From: Vicugna vicugna
Lineage: Eukaryota
Reading direction: 5' to 3'
Assembly (NCBI GenBank): GCA_013265495.1
Contig: MU058844.1
Coordinates: 7,129,260 to 7,193,259, forward strand
Length of the DNA stretch: 64,000 bases
Position numbers and translations under genes: made by a program. This document shows positions 39,265 through 53,142 of the stretch, one piece after another (the stretch's first letter is position 1; every line of letters begins with the position of its first letter). The notes beneath the pieces are model-generated. The model did not search any database. It was not told where the DNA came from and saw only the letters and a list, made by a program, of their open reading frames with translations.

Positions 39265-39785
39265 TTTTTATGAACTTGCATTGATACATTGTAACCACCC
39301 AAAGTTCACAGTTTCTCTTAGGGTTAACTTTAGGTGTTGCACATTCTATGGATCAGGAAACCCCTGTGCCCTACGTATTTATCCCTACCCCAACCATATG
39401 GCAACAATGGATATTTTAATTGTTTCCATAGTTTTACCTTTCCCAGAATCTTGTATAGTTGGAATCATACAGTTTGTAGCCCTATCAAATTAGCTTTCCT
39501 TTCCCTTAATAACATGTATGCAAGATTCCTTCATATCTTTCCATGGCCTGCTAGCTCATTTTTTTTAACACAGTAATATTCCATTGTCTGGATGTACCAT
39601 TTTACTTACCTGTTCATCTACTGAAGGGCATGTTTGTTGTTTCTAAGTTTCATTAGTTATCAGTAAAGCTGTTATAAATGTCCATGTATAGATTTTTGTG
39701 TGGACATAGTTTTCAGATCCTTTGAGTAAATACCAAGGAAGTCGATTGCTGGATCATATGGTAAGAGTAGGTTTGGTTTTATTTT
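39265..39785 (-). mobile_element. L1MC1-like 3'UTR/ORF2 end fragment
   Basis: cattgatacattgtaaccacccaaagttcacagttt...tatagttggaatcatacag...tattccattgtctggatgtacca...gtaaataccaaggaag...attgctggatcatatggtaagagta. Confidence 0.88.
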
Positions 39786-40789
39786 AAAGCATAAAAATAC
39801 ATGTAGGGTAAAGTTCTTTAGAAAAATAAAGTGAAATTTTAAATTTAATGCCTGCAACTATGATTTCAAACAGCAATTTAGAATTTCTGATTGGCTGAAA
39901 AGTTATTTGCATGAATATTTAAATGAATGGTAGTGGATATTTAGTCATATTTGGAGTTTATTGATTACCTGGAGTGGCATTGCAGTAGTTTGTTTTAAAA
40001 GTCAATCTATAGAATTCTTTTATAATTATTTAAGCAAGATAAACAATTTCCTATTTCATTTTAAAAATATGTATTTGCATTCTTTTAAAATTGTTTTAGG
40101 GAGAAATTGAGAAAGGTAATTGGAAAAATACTGTTAAAATATGCAAATTGAGAAGGAATAAAATAGGTAATAGCATAATAAGACAAGAGTAGACAGATGG
40201 GTTTCATATTTGAAGAGAGGACTGAGTAAGACAGAGTAATTGATTGCCAGAAATAATAGGTTGATGTTGAGTAAAAGAAGAAGGTGTTCAATTAAAGCTA
40301 GATTTAGAGTCTGAGTAACAAGAATATCAGAAGATTTGAAGTGTCTTGTCAGAAGAAACTTTTAAACTTTTTTCTGGATTTCTGTTTGGCAGAATCCATC
40401 TAAAAAGGTTTGTAGAGGGAATAAAAATAAAAGATTTCGGGACATGAGTCAGTCAGCTCTTCCAAACTATTTAACCATTCGTCTGTGCAGGTTAATTTAA
40501 GTACCAAGATATCTCAGTAATTAAATATAGTTATTGCAATTAAGGAAAATAAAATGCTTTACCTTGACTAACTGAAATGTATCATCTGAATTATATAAAA
40601 TTTTAACCCACAAGAATCTACTAGCTTAATATTCTCCTTTATCTATCATTACTGTTTTATTTGGTCTAATTGAAAATTTGGTAGGATCATAAAGATTGCC
40701 ACTGTTCCTTCCAGCCCCTCAGCTTTTAACAAATTGCCAGTTTACTATTGTACATGTGGTTATTAATACTAATACACAAACATACACAA

Positions 40790-41250
40790 TCACACCTAAT
40801 CCCTTCAAATTCAGTTTTAGCCAATAGCTTTATGTGCTTCAGTCTGCTAAATACTACATTAAGTGCTAAAGAAAAAATATATATGTGAATAAAACATGAT
40901 CCTACAGTTAAACTCTTCACAAACTAGTAGAAAAGATAAACCTAGAACAAAATTCAATAGTGGGGTAATATGAAAAGAAATGATTGAACAAGTTCCAGTG
41001 TATAGTAGCAGAGGGATCCTCAGGTGTCAGAATTACATGAAGGAAGGCTTTAAAAACAAGGAGAAGTTAAAGAGACATTTTAAGAACTGAATTGGAGATT
41101 TGCAAAGGAATCCAAAGGAGGAGGAGTATTTTGAGTGAGAGAGATTTCATGAAATAACTTGATATGTTTATACTACTGCTGAAAATGAAAAAGGTAACCC
41201 TGGAGAATAAAATGTGGGCACAGGTAAATGTGGTTGGGAAGAGAGGTTGA
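40790..41250 (-). mobile_element. Diverged L2 fragment
   Basis: Purine-rich stretch with aaggaaggctttaaaaacaaggagaagttaaagagacattttaagaactgaattggagatttgcaaag in the antisense L2 layout. Confidence 0.5.
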
Positions 41251-43069
41251 GTAAGCAGTATAGGATGGAAGTGATGAAGTCTGCAGAGACCAAAGAATGG
41301 ACCTCTTCTGAATACTTAGAAAGTGTCTGCAGTCTTCCCACTACCCATCCTTCACCCACCCCCAGGCTATACATTGAGTCAGGTCTCCAAAGGAAGGGAA
41401 TTTAGATGTATGCATCTCTTGTTATGTGCCAGCCATATTGTCTCCTGTAATTTTCCCTGCAAGCCTCCTGCATTGAGAATGGAAGGTAAGCAGGACAGCA
41501 GATCCTGAAGGCATCTGTACACAACACTTATAATTTAACATTTTATCCTATTTGTGATGGAGATTCAGTATTTATAACAATGAGTGAAACAGCGGACTTG
41601 TGTTTCCGAGACATCACTCAAATAGCAGTAGGAGGGTTCATTGGGCAGGTGCTGAGGGCAACTACAGAAGCACATAGTTTAAGTATCCATACTAATATGA
41701 TTTCAGAACTTCTAGTTGTTAGCAGATAATAGTTTGTTCAATTTTATTACCATGAAGAAAATCAGATTATATGTTAGAAGAAAATAAATCTGCTCTATTT
41801 TAGTATTTACTTCTGGTAAGCCATATGTTAATGTCATGTAGTTAAGTGTGGATTTTGTAAACTAGAAAAAAAGAAGGCCATCAATTGAGGAAAGCAGAAG
41901 AGTTTGTAAAAAAAGGATTTTCCAAAAATGTTTAAACTCACTTGGGAATTCTACTTATTATTCTTTTAAAAGATATTGCTCTACTGTACCCTGCATTATG
42001 CTCAGGGAAACCACTAATAAACAGTAATAATAATGACGTGATAAATTGTCCCTAGTGGATTCTTATCCATTCCAGTAATGGCTTGAATAACAAGATTAAA
42101 CTACACAGGAAAGAATAATCAGAAAATATATGCACATATTATATTCTTTATTGTCTCATTTCATATTATTAAATGTTCATGTGTTGTGGGTATAATAAAA
42201 ATGTACTCAAGACAGTGCTATTAAAAACAAACCTATAATTACAGGAAGGAGAATAAACCCTGAAAGCAGACTCAATAAGTGAACTTCAAAGTATTTGTAA
42301 AGGAAAAAAAAGATCATTTGGGGAATTTTTGAACATGTATATTTCTGGGCCATACACCTAAATTATTAAGAGTTACAAACCTCTGGCATAATTTCACCAT
42401 GGCTTGGCTTTTTGCACATCTGGATTTAGTTGGTGGCTTTAGTAACATGGACTTTTTTCAACACAGTTTATATTTGCTTTCAGGATTTTGTGTTAAGAAT
42501 ATTTGAAGGGCTGGGGAATATTCCTTGAAATGTAGGTTTTGGCATGAAAGATTACCATAGATAGCCTTCTGTATTTCCATACAGGAAAACTAGCAATACA
42601 TAAATATTCAAATATTTGGAAAGCCAACAATATAAAAGTCATGATGTTTATTTGATCTGCCAATCTGCTTTTTAAAGGAAAGAGATGTGAAAGATAATTA
42701 AAGGTTAACACTATAATTATTCTACAAATGTAGTCAGAATTTGGATTCATGGACCTTATCTTACAGTCAAGGAGATGAAGTGAATAAATTGATGTGTAAA
42801 ATGCTGAGAAACATTCCCAGAGCATTCCCAGTGGTATATATTGAAAACAAAGGTATACTCAATAATTAATATGCACCAGTTAGCTTCAAAATGGAAATAA
42901 CTATTTATGGTCTGAAACAGATCCCATACTCCATTATAATTCCCATTCTATAAGTGGTAAAGTATAGTGAATGTTACTGTTCTGCTCAGAAAGCAGCATT
43001 CAAAACATTTTGGTATGTTAAAATATATGCTCTCTTTGCCCTCTTTTCTAGAATTCATTTTCCATGTGG

Positions 43070-43262
43070 ATTGGAGTTATCAAAGCAAAAATTGCACTGG
43101 ACAGAATTATAGAGGTAAGAAAGATTTTATTCAAGGCTATTCCAATAGGGGAAAGAGACCAGAGAACAGTTCAAACTCAAGTCCACTGAGAAAAGAACGC
43201 AGGAATTTTTAAAAGGGGAATGGGGAGTGATCATGGGTCATCTGTGCTTGCTAATAGAAGGC
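43070..43262 (-). mobile_element. ERV1 LTR fragment (MER31/MER67-like)
   Basis: aagcaaaaattgcactggacag...gaaagattttattcaaggctattccaataggggaaagagaccaga includes the antisense polyA signal. Confidence 0.6.
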
Positions 43263-43339
43263 GTCTCTTAATTGTGCATAAATTTTGACTTAGTAATTGA
43301 GTTTCTGATACTTTATTCTTTTAAAACAATCCAAAAAGC

Positions 43340-43725
43340 ACATATTTTTGCATATCAATATTTAATGTAGCATTATTTATGATAGTGCAACCCTGGAAAC
43401 ACCGAAAAAGTACAATGCAAGAAAATTGGTAAATGAACTGTTCTATCCAAGTGAGGGCATACTATGTAAAAATTCAATGGCGTTTGAGGGGTGTCTTTAT
43501 TAACACAGAATAATACTTATGGTATTAATCAGATAAGAAACTATGCAGATTATGTACATATTTATATTGAGTCTGTATTTGTTTTTGGAAAAATATGGCA
43601 TATAATAGAAAATCTAGACTTACATGGTGTAAAGATTTACCAATTTCTATTTATGAATTTTGGAATCAGGGTGGTGTATTCCATTATTTGTGTATTGTCT
43701 AATTTTCAAAAATAAATAAGTCATT
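43340..43725 (+). mobile_element. L1ME 3' fragment
   Basis: atatttaatgtagcattatttatgatagtgcaaccctggaaacacc...aattggtaaatgaactgt...catactatg is L1 ORF2 C-terminus sequence. Confidence 0.6.
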
Positions 43726-44039
43726 TGTATAATCAAAATGATGGGAAAATTAGAGAATAAAAGGGAGAGAAAGTATGTGACTGAGAGGCATTGGAAAGTA
43801 AGGAACGTTTGAAACTTTAGCAAAATAAGGTTGAAATGATGATTGGATTCACGGAAAATTAGTATTGTATTAGTAATGGATTGTTCGTTTATTCTCTTAC
43901 AAGAAATAGAGAAAGTCAACTCTCACTTATGCAAATCTTAATAACACAATTACAATATGTACATATATGATATATAATTATATACTAATTTCAAATGTAA
44001 TTATAAAATACGTATACTAATACTTATTAGATGAAGACA

Positions 44040-44465
44040 TGCTTGTGGCTAGATAAGTGAAATATGTATTCAGATACTTGGCTTCAGTCATGATTGAAGT
44101 AGGATCATCAGGCCCATCACATGGTTTTGTTTGCTTTTGTGTTGTCTGTATTTTCTGGGAGAACCCGACTTTGGTATACACTGAGTTATGTTTTTCTATT
44201 TGTTAACAAATTAATATCCGAGTAGCTGGAGGCATGTCCTACCACGATGTATATATTCAAAGTGATCGAGCATCTTGGCCAGAAGATGTGATTTTCTAAT
44301 TGGGCAAGTTCAGGTTGAAGTCCTTTCAGCACTTCAGTTATATGGAGTGAGTCGAGGAAAGATAGTTCTCCAGAAAAAAATCAGGGTGCTATTTAATACA
44401 TATGAAAGAATTCTGTGTATGAAAAGAATCAGGTGGCTGCTAAAAATATGGATTGTACAGGTGTA
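44040..44465 (-). mobile_element. Old MaLR LTR (MLT1J/K-like)
   Basis: ggcttcagtcatgattga...ttctaattgggc...atagttctccagaaaaaaatcagggtgctatt. Confidence 0.5.
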
Positions 44466-44979
44466 AGTTGGAGATTGTAACTATATGAGCTAGATAGAAA
44501 ATTCCTGTCATGATTATAATTACTATACAAATCAATGTAAATGATATGGATTAATGGAGAAACATTAATGATATTATATATTACAATGTAATTTAAAATG
44601 TGTTGACTATGTAGAAAGACATTAATTGAAGGAAAGTGTGACAATAGCACAGTAATTCTGTAATTAAATCGCAAGTGAAATGATGTTTTTATATTACTTC
44701 ACAAGATTTATGTGTACTTTCATATGAGTTCTGTGAAAAATACTTCATTCAACTAAAGTTTAACCTTATCTTTTTGGAAAAGACAGTTATAGAAAATAAT
44801 GAATAAGCACAAATGTACAGAACTAAAGGAGAATTATTTTAAAAGAACTGTCATTTACAGTTGGAAATTTTCTGAGTCAACAGACATTTCTAAAATTCGT
44901 TATGTCTTAGCACATCATATACTCTTTGCACCCTGTCTGATAATTTGTAAATAGAAATAAAGATGCAGAAAAGTACTGC

Positions 44980-45225
44980 TTTTGAGAAGCCAAGTTCAGA
45001 GTGAGACTGCTTAAGTTTGAATCTCAGCTTTATCATTTACCGTTGGTGACTTAATCTCTCTGTGATTCAGTTTTTTTATCTGAAAGCAGGACTTAATTCA
45101 GGACTTAAATTTGGGAATTCATACACACAAACACACACACGTACATTTATGTACAGATTAACATAACTGTGTCTGACATATATGAAGCATTTCAAAATTA
45201 TTAGACATTGTTAATAAAAATCAAT
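44980..45225 (+). mobile_element. MIR
   Basis: gactgcttaagtttgaatctcagctttatcatttacc...ttaatctctctgtgattcagtttttttatctgaaa. Confidence 0.7.
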
Positions 45226-46375
45226 CATATTAGATATTATTAATATTTAGAAGCACAGCTGTTTTATAACAAAACTGAATGTTTTATATGAAAAATAATT
45301 ATACATTATTCAAGTTAAATTTGGTTTGCTTACAGGAAATTTATAGTATGAACATTAAAATTGTCCTTTTTGGAAAAATATAATTTTCTTCTGAAATAAT
45401 CAGGCAGACGACCATCGTGCACATAATTGAGCTGTAATCACAATAAAACTCCAACAGTGATAGAACAATTGAAAGCAGTTTCCTGTAATCATCATTATTT
45501 AGAAAAGAAATGTCTTCTATTTTTATAGGACATCTATTTTGTGCTTGTATATTTGTCTACCTCATAACATTTTAAAAATTTTATCTCATTATTCAGAAAT
45601 TACATCTTGTTGCTTTGAAAAACCAGTAATTTGCCTACCTCTAGTAGGGGAAATGGAACTATTCCAGGACCTAAAAACATGAAGGAAAAACACACATAGA
45701 CGTATCTAATATATGCTTACAGAAATTTTTGGGAAACCATGAGAGTGGTTGAAGAGTTTGGGGGTGGGGGGGATAAAATTTTGAATAGAAAAACAAAAAG
45801 AAATCGAAGAAAAACAACCTGAAATGTTTTTTTCAGTTTTTTTTTAATCTCCTCACTGATCAGCATCAAATGTTGAACATAGTCTTTTGAGAATCTCTAC
45901 CAGAATCTTTTGTTGAAAATCTTGTATATACAATTTGACCACTTAATTAATCTATTGACAAGTAATCATACAGTAAACACTAAATTTAAAAAATAGTATC
46001 AACAGACTTTTGATACTAACAGATTTAGTAGATTCAGATCAAAACAGATTTTTTACAATAATTGCAACCGGGTTGTGAGCAATAGGTGATATTAAATAAC
46101 CATATAATGCATTTGGAAATACTCAAAGTAATTAGATATTCCAGTACATTTAAGCATGTTGATGTGCCTTTTTGAAAGCATTCCTTAGAACAAAGTGTCT
46201 TTAACAGAGTAGGTAATCAAAAATATGGTTTGACCAAAAATATGATTCACAAGTTTAAAGCTTGTCGTCTACTGTAGTATATAGGGATGGTTGACTATCC
46301 TGGAAATTAGTTCCAATTAATCAGTAGGCGGGTGCTGTGAAGTTGGACTAGAGTATTTGCATATTTTATGACTGA

Positions 46376-46582
46376 CAATGGTGTGCTAGAGCTAACTTGT
46401 ATTTTCCTTTGAGAGTGATTTTGTCCCAAATTGTGTTTAGGAACAACATATTGGTAGCTTGAAATTGGCCATGGTGGGAGTACTAAACAACATGGAAATC
46501 AGCAAATACTATAAAACAGGGCTTTCTTTATTTTTCCTCCAGAGAGAGAGCCTGATGTTCAACATTTACTAGCAGACTGCTC
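46376..46582. mobile_element. MER63A-like hAT non-autonomous DNA transposon
   Basis: caatggtgtgctagagc...ggtagcttgaaattggccatggtgggagtact...ggaaatcagcaaatactataaaacagggc...aacatttactagca. Confidence 0.75.
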
Positions 46583-47599
46583 ATATCTCCTCTAGTTGAA
46601 AAATGGCCTCACTTCTTTGGGAAAATTCAGGACACTGAGTCTTTTCTCTCTAAACTGTGGGTAATCTGAAGTATACAGAAAGTACTGCCACTACTGGAGA
46701 AGTGACTGATACACCATACATGTGTGGAGGCCACCAAACTTCCCCAAAATAAAGCAAACAAACTAATAAGGAATCAAAAAGACAAGCTATAAGCACTGTA
46801 TTTCCATGTTTTTACACTCCATAAGGAGAGCTAACTAGATTTTTCAATCAGTTTCAGAGGCAGTAAGAACACTATTTCTCAGAAAAGCAAAATATTATGA
46901 AAATAAGGACAGTTTGAAATGGTGGCTTAAGAAAAAGTAGAGACAATGTCAGACTACATCCAGGACCTGTTTAAAGAGTGTTACACTTCATATGGCCTTT
47001 CCCTTTGCGTGAATCAGTCCTGAGATGTCATTGTGAGTATTTATTTCCTACAAAGTAAGATATTGAGACTGAACCTCTCAGGTTAAAGCAGTGTGGCACA
47101 CAGAGAAAAGTGAGCTGTTCCAAACAGCATTAGGATGAGACTCTGGCAAGACTCTAAGTGAAGGTATCTTTCAGTCATGTCATAAATAAAATATCATCAG
47201 AAAGATAAGGATACTTTTGAAATGAAAAGATGTCACGTTAACAAAATCAGTGAGCAGCACATCCAGGTCCTTTTGCAGGCCAAGTCACTTGACGTTTGGC
47301 ATCTGGTATTAACAGGATTAATAGGTGATTCCATAGATACGTGGAAAATGATAGACAACACTTGGAATATTTTTATCATTAATCTGTTTCTAAATGATTG
47401 GTTTAGCCAGAAACTTAACACTCATGTGGGCTTTGTGTCATGGCTATGATATTACCGTGCTCAGTCTTATTCTCCTGAAGGGCGACAGGTCTGTACTTCT
47501 ACTCTGCTTCCCTTACTTTCTTTCCAGAGTACTTCAATTGTGATTTTTGAAAAAGGAGCAATTGTAGGAGGTAAATTTCAAGGGCAGGTGAGTACTGTA

Positions 47600-48135
47600 G
47601 AGAGGAACTACAGCTTCTAGAAAACTGAGCCACAATAATTATTTTGATAGAGGATATTTACTACAAAAACTGTACAACCACTGAGAAAATAAACCAAAAT
47701 GGAATTACAAAGGCAACCCAAGATAGTAATCTCAAAGACTTGCCACCATCCTGAGGAAAGAGGTTGGAGTTATTAGTTCTTAGAAGATTGGAACGAGGGC
47801 CAAGCAGCCCTGCACTTAAACTTTGGAGAAGTGCACATGGCTCAACTTGTGCCAAATCCTCAGGGCTATCTGGAGGGGCCAAACAAGCTGGTTTTGCAGG
47901 TCACAGCTGCCAGGGTGAAGAGCTGGTGCTGCAATGACACTGTCAAGAAGCAGCAGCAAACAGGTGGGAGCAATCTCTTCTCCCTCCAGATTTCCAAATC
48001 CCCTCCAGCATCCCATTTGGCAGAGACTAACAAAGAGCCAACTGGCAAAGTGGAATGGGGATTTAGAGTCCCAGCCCTCGCCTCAGAGAGCAATGGAGAG
48101 AAGAATGAGTTTGAAGCTGAGATAAAGCTGGGACA
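47600..48135 (-). mobile_element. Ancient ERVL-class LTR (same group as 15540-16277)
   Basis: cccatttggcagagactaacaaagagccaactggcaaag...agagtcccagccc...gagtttgaagctgaga. The locally higher GC explains the cluster of overlapping short ORFs. Confidence 0.6.
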
Positions 48136-48750
48136 TAGTCCTGATCAGCAGAAATACAGGAACTACTTTATCTATAGACTCAGGAGCAATAATCTATGGT
48201 GGATATTTTAAGTTAATAAAATTTATAGTGCTCTGTTGTACAGCAAAGATAACTAATGCACTACTGTTCTGGTTAAAATGCTATCTTCAAACCTGAAGAA
48301 TTCAGGGATTATTTTCTCCATATTTTGTTTTTATTGAACAAACAACTGGAGAATGCATTTCATTACTACCTTGTGATAAATGGAAAAGATACAAAGAGCA
48401 CTGACTCCATATAAAAGCACAACTAGGGCCAAAACAACTATGGAAATTCTTATTACAGAACAGAATGTAAACATTTTAAACCATAAAAATGTAGACTAAT
48501 TATACATATGCAAAGAGTGGAGATAACGAGGATTATGGTAGATGTATACTTAATACATGCCTGTCACTTCTGACAAAACTGTACTCAGTGTTTTTTGCAG
48601 CCACATCTCCCTCTTTTCCATGTCAAGGGACAGTTAATCCTGCTCTCAACTTCAGAGTAACCACTGATAGCTTTGTATCATCAACATACCCCTTTTCCCT
48701 CTTTGTACTTATTTTATTGGCTCAGGTATGAACACACCATTCATTTTAGA

Positions 48751-48964
48751 GGCGGGTTTCTCAACCTTAACGCTCCTGGCATTTTAAGCCAGATAATTCT
48801 TGGTTGTGGAGGACTGTTCTGCACCTTGAGGGATGTCGAGCAGCATCCCTGGCCTCTATTTTCTAGCTTCCAGTAGCATGTACCCACCCCTTCCCAGCTG
48901 TGACAAGCAGAAAGGTGTCCAGATATTGCCAAATATCCTCAGTGCCCCTAGCTGAAAACCAAAA
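48751..48964. mobile_element. MER20 (hAT-Charlie) non-autonomous DNA transposon
   Basis: tttctcaacctt...gccagataattcttggttgtggaggactgttctgcac...agcagcatccctggcctcta...ccagctgtgacaa...tccagatattgccaaatatcc. Confidence 0.88.
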
Positions 48965-48980
48965 GAAAAAAACAGACTAC

Positions 48981-48999
48981 ATATATACACACATATAAT

Positions 49000-49032
<33 letters not shown>

Positions 49033-49149
49033 NNNNNNNNNNNNNNNNNNNNNNNNNNNNNNNNNNNNNNNNNNNNNNNNNNNNNNNNNNNNNNNNNNNN
49101 NNNNNNNNNNNNNNNNNNNNNNNNNNNNNNNNNNNNNNNNNNNNNNNNN

Positions 49150-49192
<43 letters not shown>
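48981..49192. repeat. (AT)n microsatellite spanning an assembly gap
   Basis: (AT)n on both sides of the N run. Confidence 0.9.
49033..49149. other. Assembly gap (117 N)
   Basis: Run of n characters. Confidence 0.99.
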
Positions 49193-49196
<4 letters not shown>

Positions 49197-49499
49197 GGGA
49201 ATAAAGAAGCTTTAAAAAATGGGAAACTTGGGGGAGGCAGGGTCTGATAACCTACTTATCCTCATAGTTGTGTGGATACTTTTCCTACACCTGTGCCAAG
49301 TTATTTCTCATTAATTTAACATTATATTATACATTTGATTTATGGGATTTATTTCTACATGTATGCTTTGAAAATTTCTAGTGAATCTGAGACCCTATCC
49401 ATTTTACTCTATTAATATGTAATTGATGTTATCGCTCTACTTTTTTTCCTGGCATCTTTTCTTCCACTCCCAAATTAATGTGCTTAGCGTGGAAGCAGG

Positions 49500-50750
49500 C
49501 ATACTTAAAATTGACCAAAGACAACTTAGAGTCTATTCATTGGGAATTTATCGCTGGAAATTAAATTATTTCTTGGCGACAGATAGAAAAACTCAGATCC
49601 TCCCAGTAGCCATTCTTGTGTGCACTTGAGTGTTTTCCTTCTGGGTCATACCACCAAAGGAAGAGTTGTGCTGCCAGCAAGTAACGGAGGAATAAACCAG
49701 ATATTTAGAAAGCGACAGAGATGAGACAAAGAATAGAAGTATTGCTGGTGTCAGGGCTTGCTACATAGTTTGTGGGGCCCAGTGCTAATGAAAAAAAAAA
49801 AGTCTGTTAAAGGTACTGAAATTTAAAACTTTCCCCCTGTCTTTTGTGGTCCCTTTCTTGACCCGTCAAAGTGTTTTTAATTACTTCATCATGCTATGCC
49901 TCCTTGAAAATGCAGGGCAAGTGCATACCCTCAGAAGCACCCACTGATGTGTGCATGCCCTGGATTCCCCTGTGTACCCTCCCCTCTCACCAACTCAACC
50001 ACCAGATCAGGCTGCTGTGACCCAGCCAGGAAAAGGAAATTTTTCCCATTAGCCAATCACCCCAACCCACAGTGTCAGAAGACCCCCAAGGGTTTGTGAT
50101 CTCTGCCCCAGAACACATTCAGTACCAGAATTATGGGTGTGTGACAATATCAACCTGCCAAGTTGTCTGATGAATGTGCCATGGCTTTGCCAGACTGGGC
50201 TGAGGATGGCTGTGTCCTCTGCTGCATTCCCAGCTCGACTTGTGCTCAGGCCCCTGGTGTTGCTGGGTGAGTCAGGGGTAGGGGCAGTGCAGGGACCAAG
50301 GCTTTGGAGGACAGGTACAGCAGGGACCAGTGGGCAGCTGAGAGGCAGTATGGGCTGGGCAGGCTAGGGTTCCAGAGGACAGGGAAACAGGCAGCCTGGG
50401 CAGAGGAGAGGCAGTTAGAGGCAGGCTCACCCTGGTGCCTATGCTCCCTAGCCCTGACATGCTCCATTGTCCTAGCGAAGTTCACTTACAAAATATAATT
50501 TCAAAGATAAATGTTTGGTGATTTCAAGATTAACCACAGAACATTAACTTTTAGGCACCAGTCTGTCTCAGTGAGAGTCTCTGAGTGACTGGTTATAAGC
50601 TCATGAATCAGACCCTGGTAGGTATTATAATCTCTATTTCAGTTTATTCCTGAGATTTAGCTGGACCCATGTCCTTAGATTTTTGGAGACATCCATGTGT
50701 CCTTACAACTTACTGTCATTTTTTTGCTTAAGGTAGCCAGAGTGAAAATA
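49500..50750 (+). mobile_element. Old MLT1-type LTR split by the MER45-like insertion
   Basis: The left part (ttgaccaaag...cagtagccattcttg...gagatgagac) and right part (ttcctgag...ttttttgcttaaggtagccagagt) are colinear MLT1 segments. Confidence 0.5.
49752..50617. mobile_element. MER45B-like hAT-Tip100 DNA transposon
   Basis: Termini CAGGGCTTGCTACATAGTTTGTGGGGCCC ... CATGAATCAGACCCTG give the TIR CAGGG/CCCTG. Degenerate 8-bp TSD gctggtgt / gtaggtat (5/8). GC-rich interior. Confidence 0.78.
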
Positions 50751-52689
50751 ATTTATTTTTCATTAGAATTGCATTCTTTTCATTGACTTATTTCTTTCCC
50801 ATCTCTTCTTCAGCCTTTTTACTGTCCCCATCTTTCCACATCACTCCCTCTCTGTAACTTTCCCTCTCATTCTCATTTAAATCATTAGTCCTGGAATTTA
50901 TTGTGAGAGATATAGTCATGAATCACCTACTATGACCCTGATTCCATGACTGATATGGAAGAAATAAAGTTATCTCAGAGAAGCATCTCTCCCTTCATCT
51001 CAAGCTATTGCAACATCTCTTCATGTTAAAGGATAAACAAAAAATGCTTAAGAAATTAATTTGGGCTAGTCTCTTGTTTCAGAATTCACAAAGACAACTT
51101 CTAATTATTTTCATCAATTTAACTTTTAATTAATTAAAATGACTAAGAAGCCCTAATATTAACAAACCTCTAGACTTTAAGAATAATTTGTTCCATTTGT
51201 TTACCTTTGAGTAAATCAATATGAAAATGATTTAAAAAATTGTAAACAATAGAAAAATGGCATTCATGGCAAAATGAAGCATGTCAGAGCTGAAAAATCT
51301 GTAGGTAGAAACATCATCTTTCTCTGAAATAGTTTCTGCTTCTTCTTAAGTCAAATTTGTATATGAACTTCCTCCAAACAAAGGGCATTAATATTCAAAG
51401 TGCTAGGGAATAAAAGGCAGTTTAGAATTTTGCTTTAAACAAAAATCCTATCTAGTAAATTTAATATGCTTAGGCCACAGAATATATTATTCATTCTTAA
51501 ATAACTCCCAGAGTATCCACACGTTAATTCAGTTGGGGCTCTTTCAGTAAAGGCAGTTCCTGTTAACATGTTAACATTCATAAAAAAAAAGATGGCTTTT
51601 AGATGCACATTTTAGAATAAATTGGAAGAGTACTATTTGTAGGCTCAAAAAAGAGTTACTGCTGTAATTTCTACCATAATTCTAAAACGCTTTTCTTTTA
51701 GTAAAGAATGCAAATATTGATGTGGTTTGCGACCTAGAAAAAGACTCAGAGATAAATACTATAAACCAGAAACCAGGAAAGCATTGTCTCTAATAAACAA
51801 TGCATCTATTCAAAGCTCTTGTTTTGTATTACTTCCCATTCTTGTTAATTTGAAGTTTACCAAATATGCAGACACTTTTGTCTGTCCAGTGATTTACCTT
51901 TATAGTTTTCCACTCTATTTTTAAGTAGCTTTAAAACATACAACTCTCTAGATCCACGCTAAAAGAATACAAGTATAGTAATTTTTACTTTATATTTTTA
52001 AAGAAAAAGAACTTAGTCTTCACTAAAACACTATTATAACCGCAATTTTTATTCCCTTGGCATCCTTCTTCTTTCAAGATACAGCTTTCCAAATAGCCCT
52101 TCTCTTTTGTGTAATTATAAGCACTTTCTCCCTACTGACATTTTTTTTCCTCAGGAAATAAACATTTGTCTGTTTTCCTTATATTAAGTAGGGGTTCAGA
52201 TGGGTCAGAGAACCTTTAGAAAGCTGCCACAATTGAACACACTATTTACCACCAAAAGTCTTAATGCCAGTAGAGTAGTCAATGTTTGTCTTAAATCCCT
52301 CACTTCTACCACATCTCCTACAACTGCTATCATTCTACTCTAATTAGATTTTCCAAACATAGCTAGTGACCAAATTGCCATACTTCATTTCAGTCCACAT
52401 CTTGCTTTAAACTATTTGTTAGTTTAAAAGTTCCTTCTCAGAGAAAGAAAGAGAGAGCAGGAGAGAAAGAAGAAAAAAATAATATATATATGTATATCTT
52501 ACCTTAGTTTCAAAAATAACATTGATCTTATTCTCCTTTAATGAATTTGACTACTATAAAATTATTTTTCACAGTTTTGAATACTTTGCCTGATTTAAAT
52601 TTTAATGAAAGATTTTCCCATACACCTTCTCTTCTCATTTTATATAGTATCTTTGGACAAACTACTTTATTCCTATAATTTCAAGTGGT

Positions 52690-53142
52690 AACCATTGAAG
52701 TGAAGCCTTTTTATATGTGTTCTTTAAAAGACTGAGGCATTTACCTTCTATTCTGAATTTTGAGTATTTTTTTAAATATACATTGTTGTTAAATTTTGAC
52801 AAATTTTCTTTCTGCATCTATTGAGATGATCTTTTAAAATATTTTTTAAATTTTTTATTCTGTTAATATTGACTGATTTTCAAATGTACATTTACTTCAA
52901 CCTGTTTTGCACCTTATTTTTTCAGAAGCTAAATTTACCTTACATACTGAGATAAATTCAACTTGGCCATGATGTATTATCCTTTTTATATATTGTTGAA
53001 TTAGATTTGCTAAAACTGTATTACTAATTTTTGTAACTATGTTCATGAGGATATGGTTCTGTAGTTTTCGAATTTCTTTGTTTTTTAGTATTAGGGTAAT
53101 GCTGGCCTCATGGAATGAGTTTTGAAGGATTCTCTTATCCTA
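52690..53142 (-). mobile_element. L1ME ORF2 fragment
   Basis: ttttctttctgcatctattgagatgatc...gagataaattcaacttggccatgatgtattatcctttttatatattgttgaattagatttgctaa...agggtaatgctggcctcatggaatgagtt. Confidence 0.82.

Noticed and set aside
47661..48211. Five overlapping ORFs suggesting a gene
   Set aside because: They lie in an old LTR with higher GC and therefore fewer stop codons. No recognisable protein.
50137..50498. GC-rich region with overlapping ORFs as a CpG island or promoter
   Set aside because: It is CpG-depleted and lies inside the MER45-like element.
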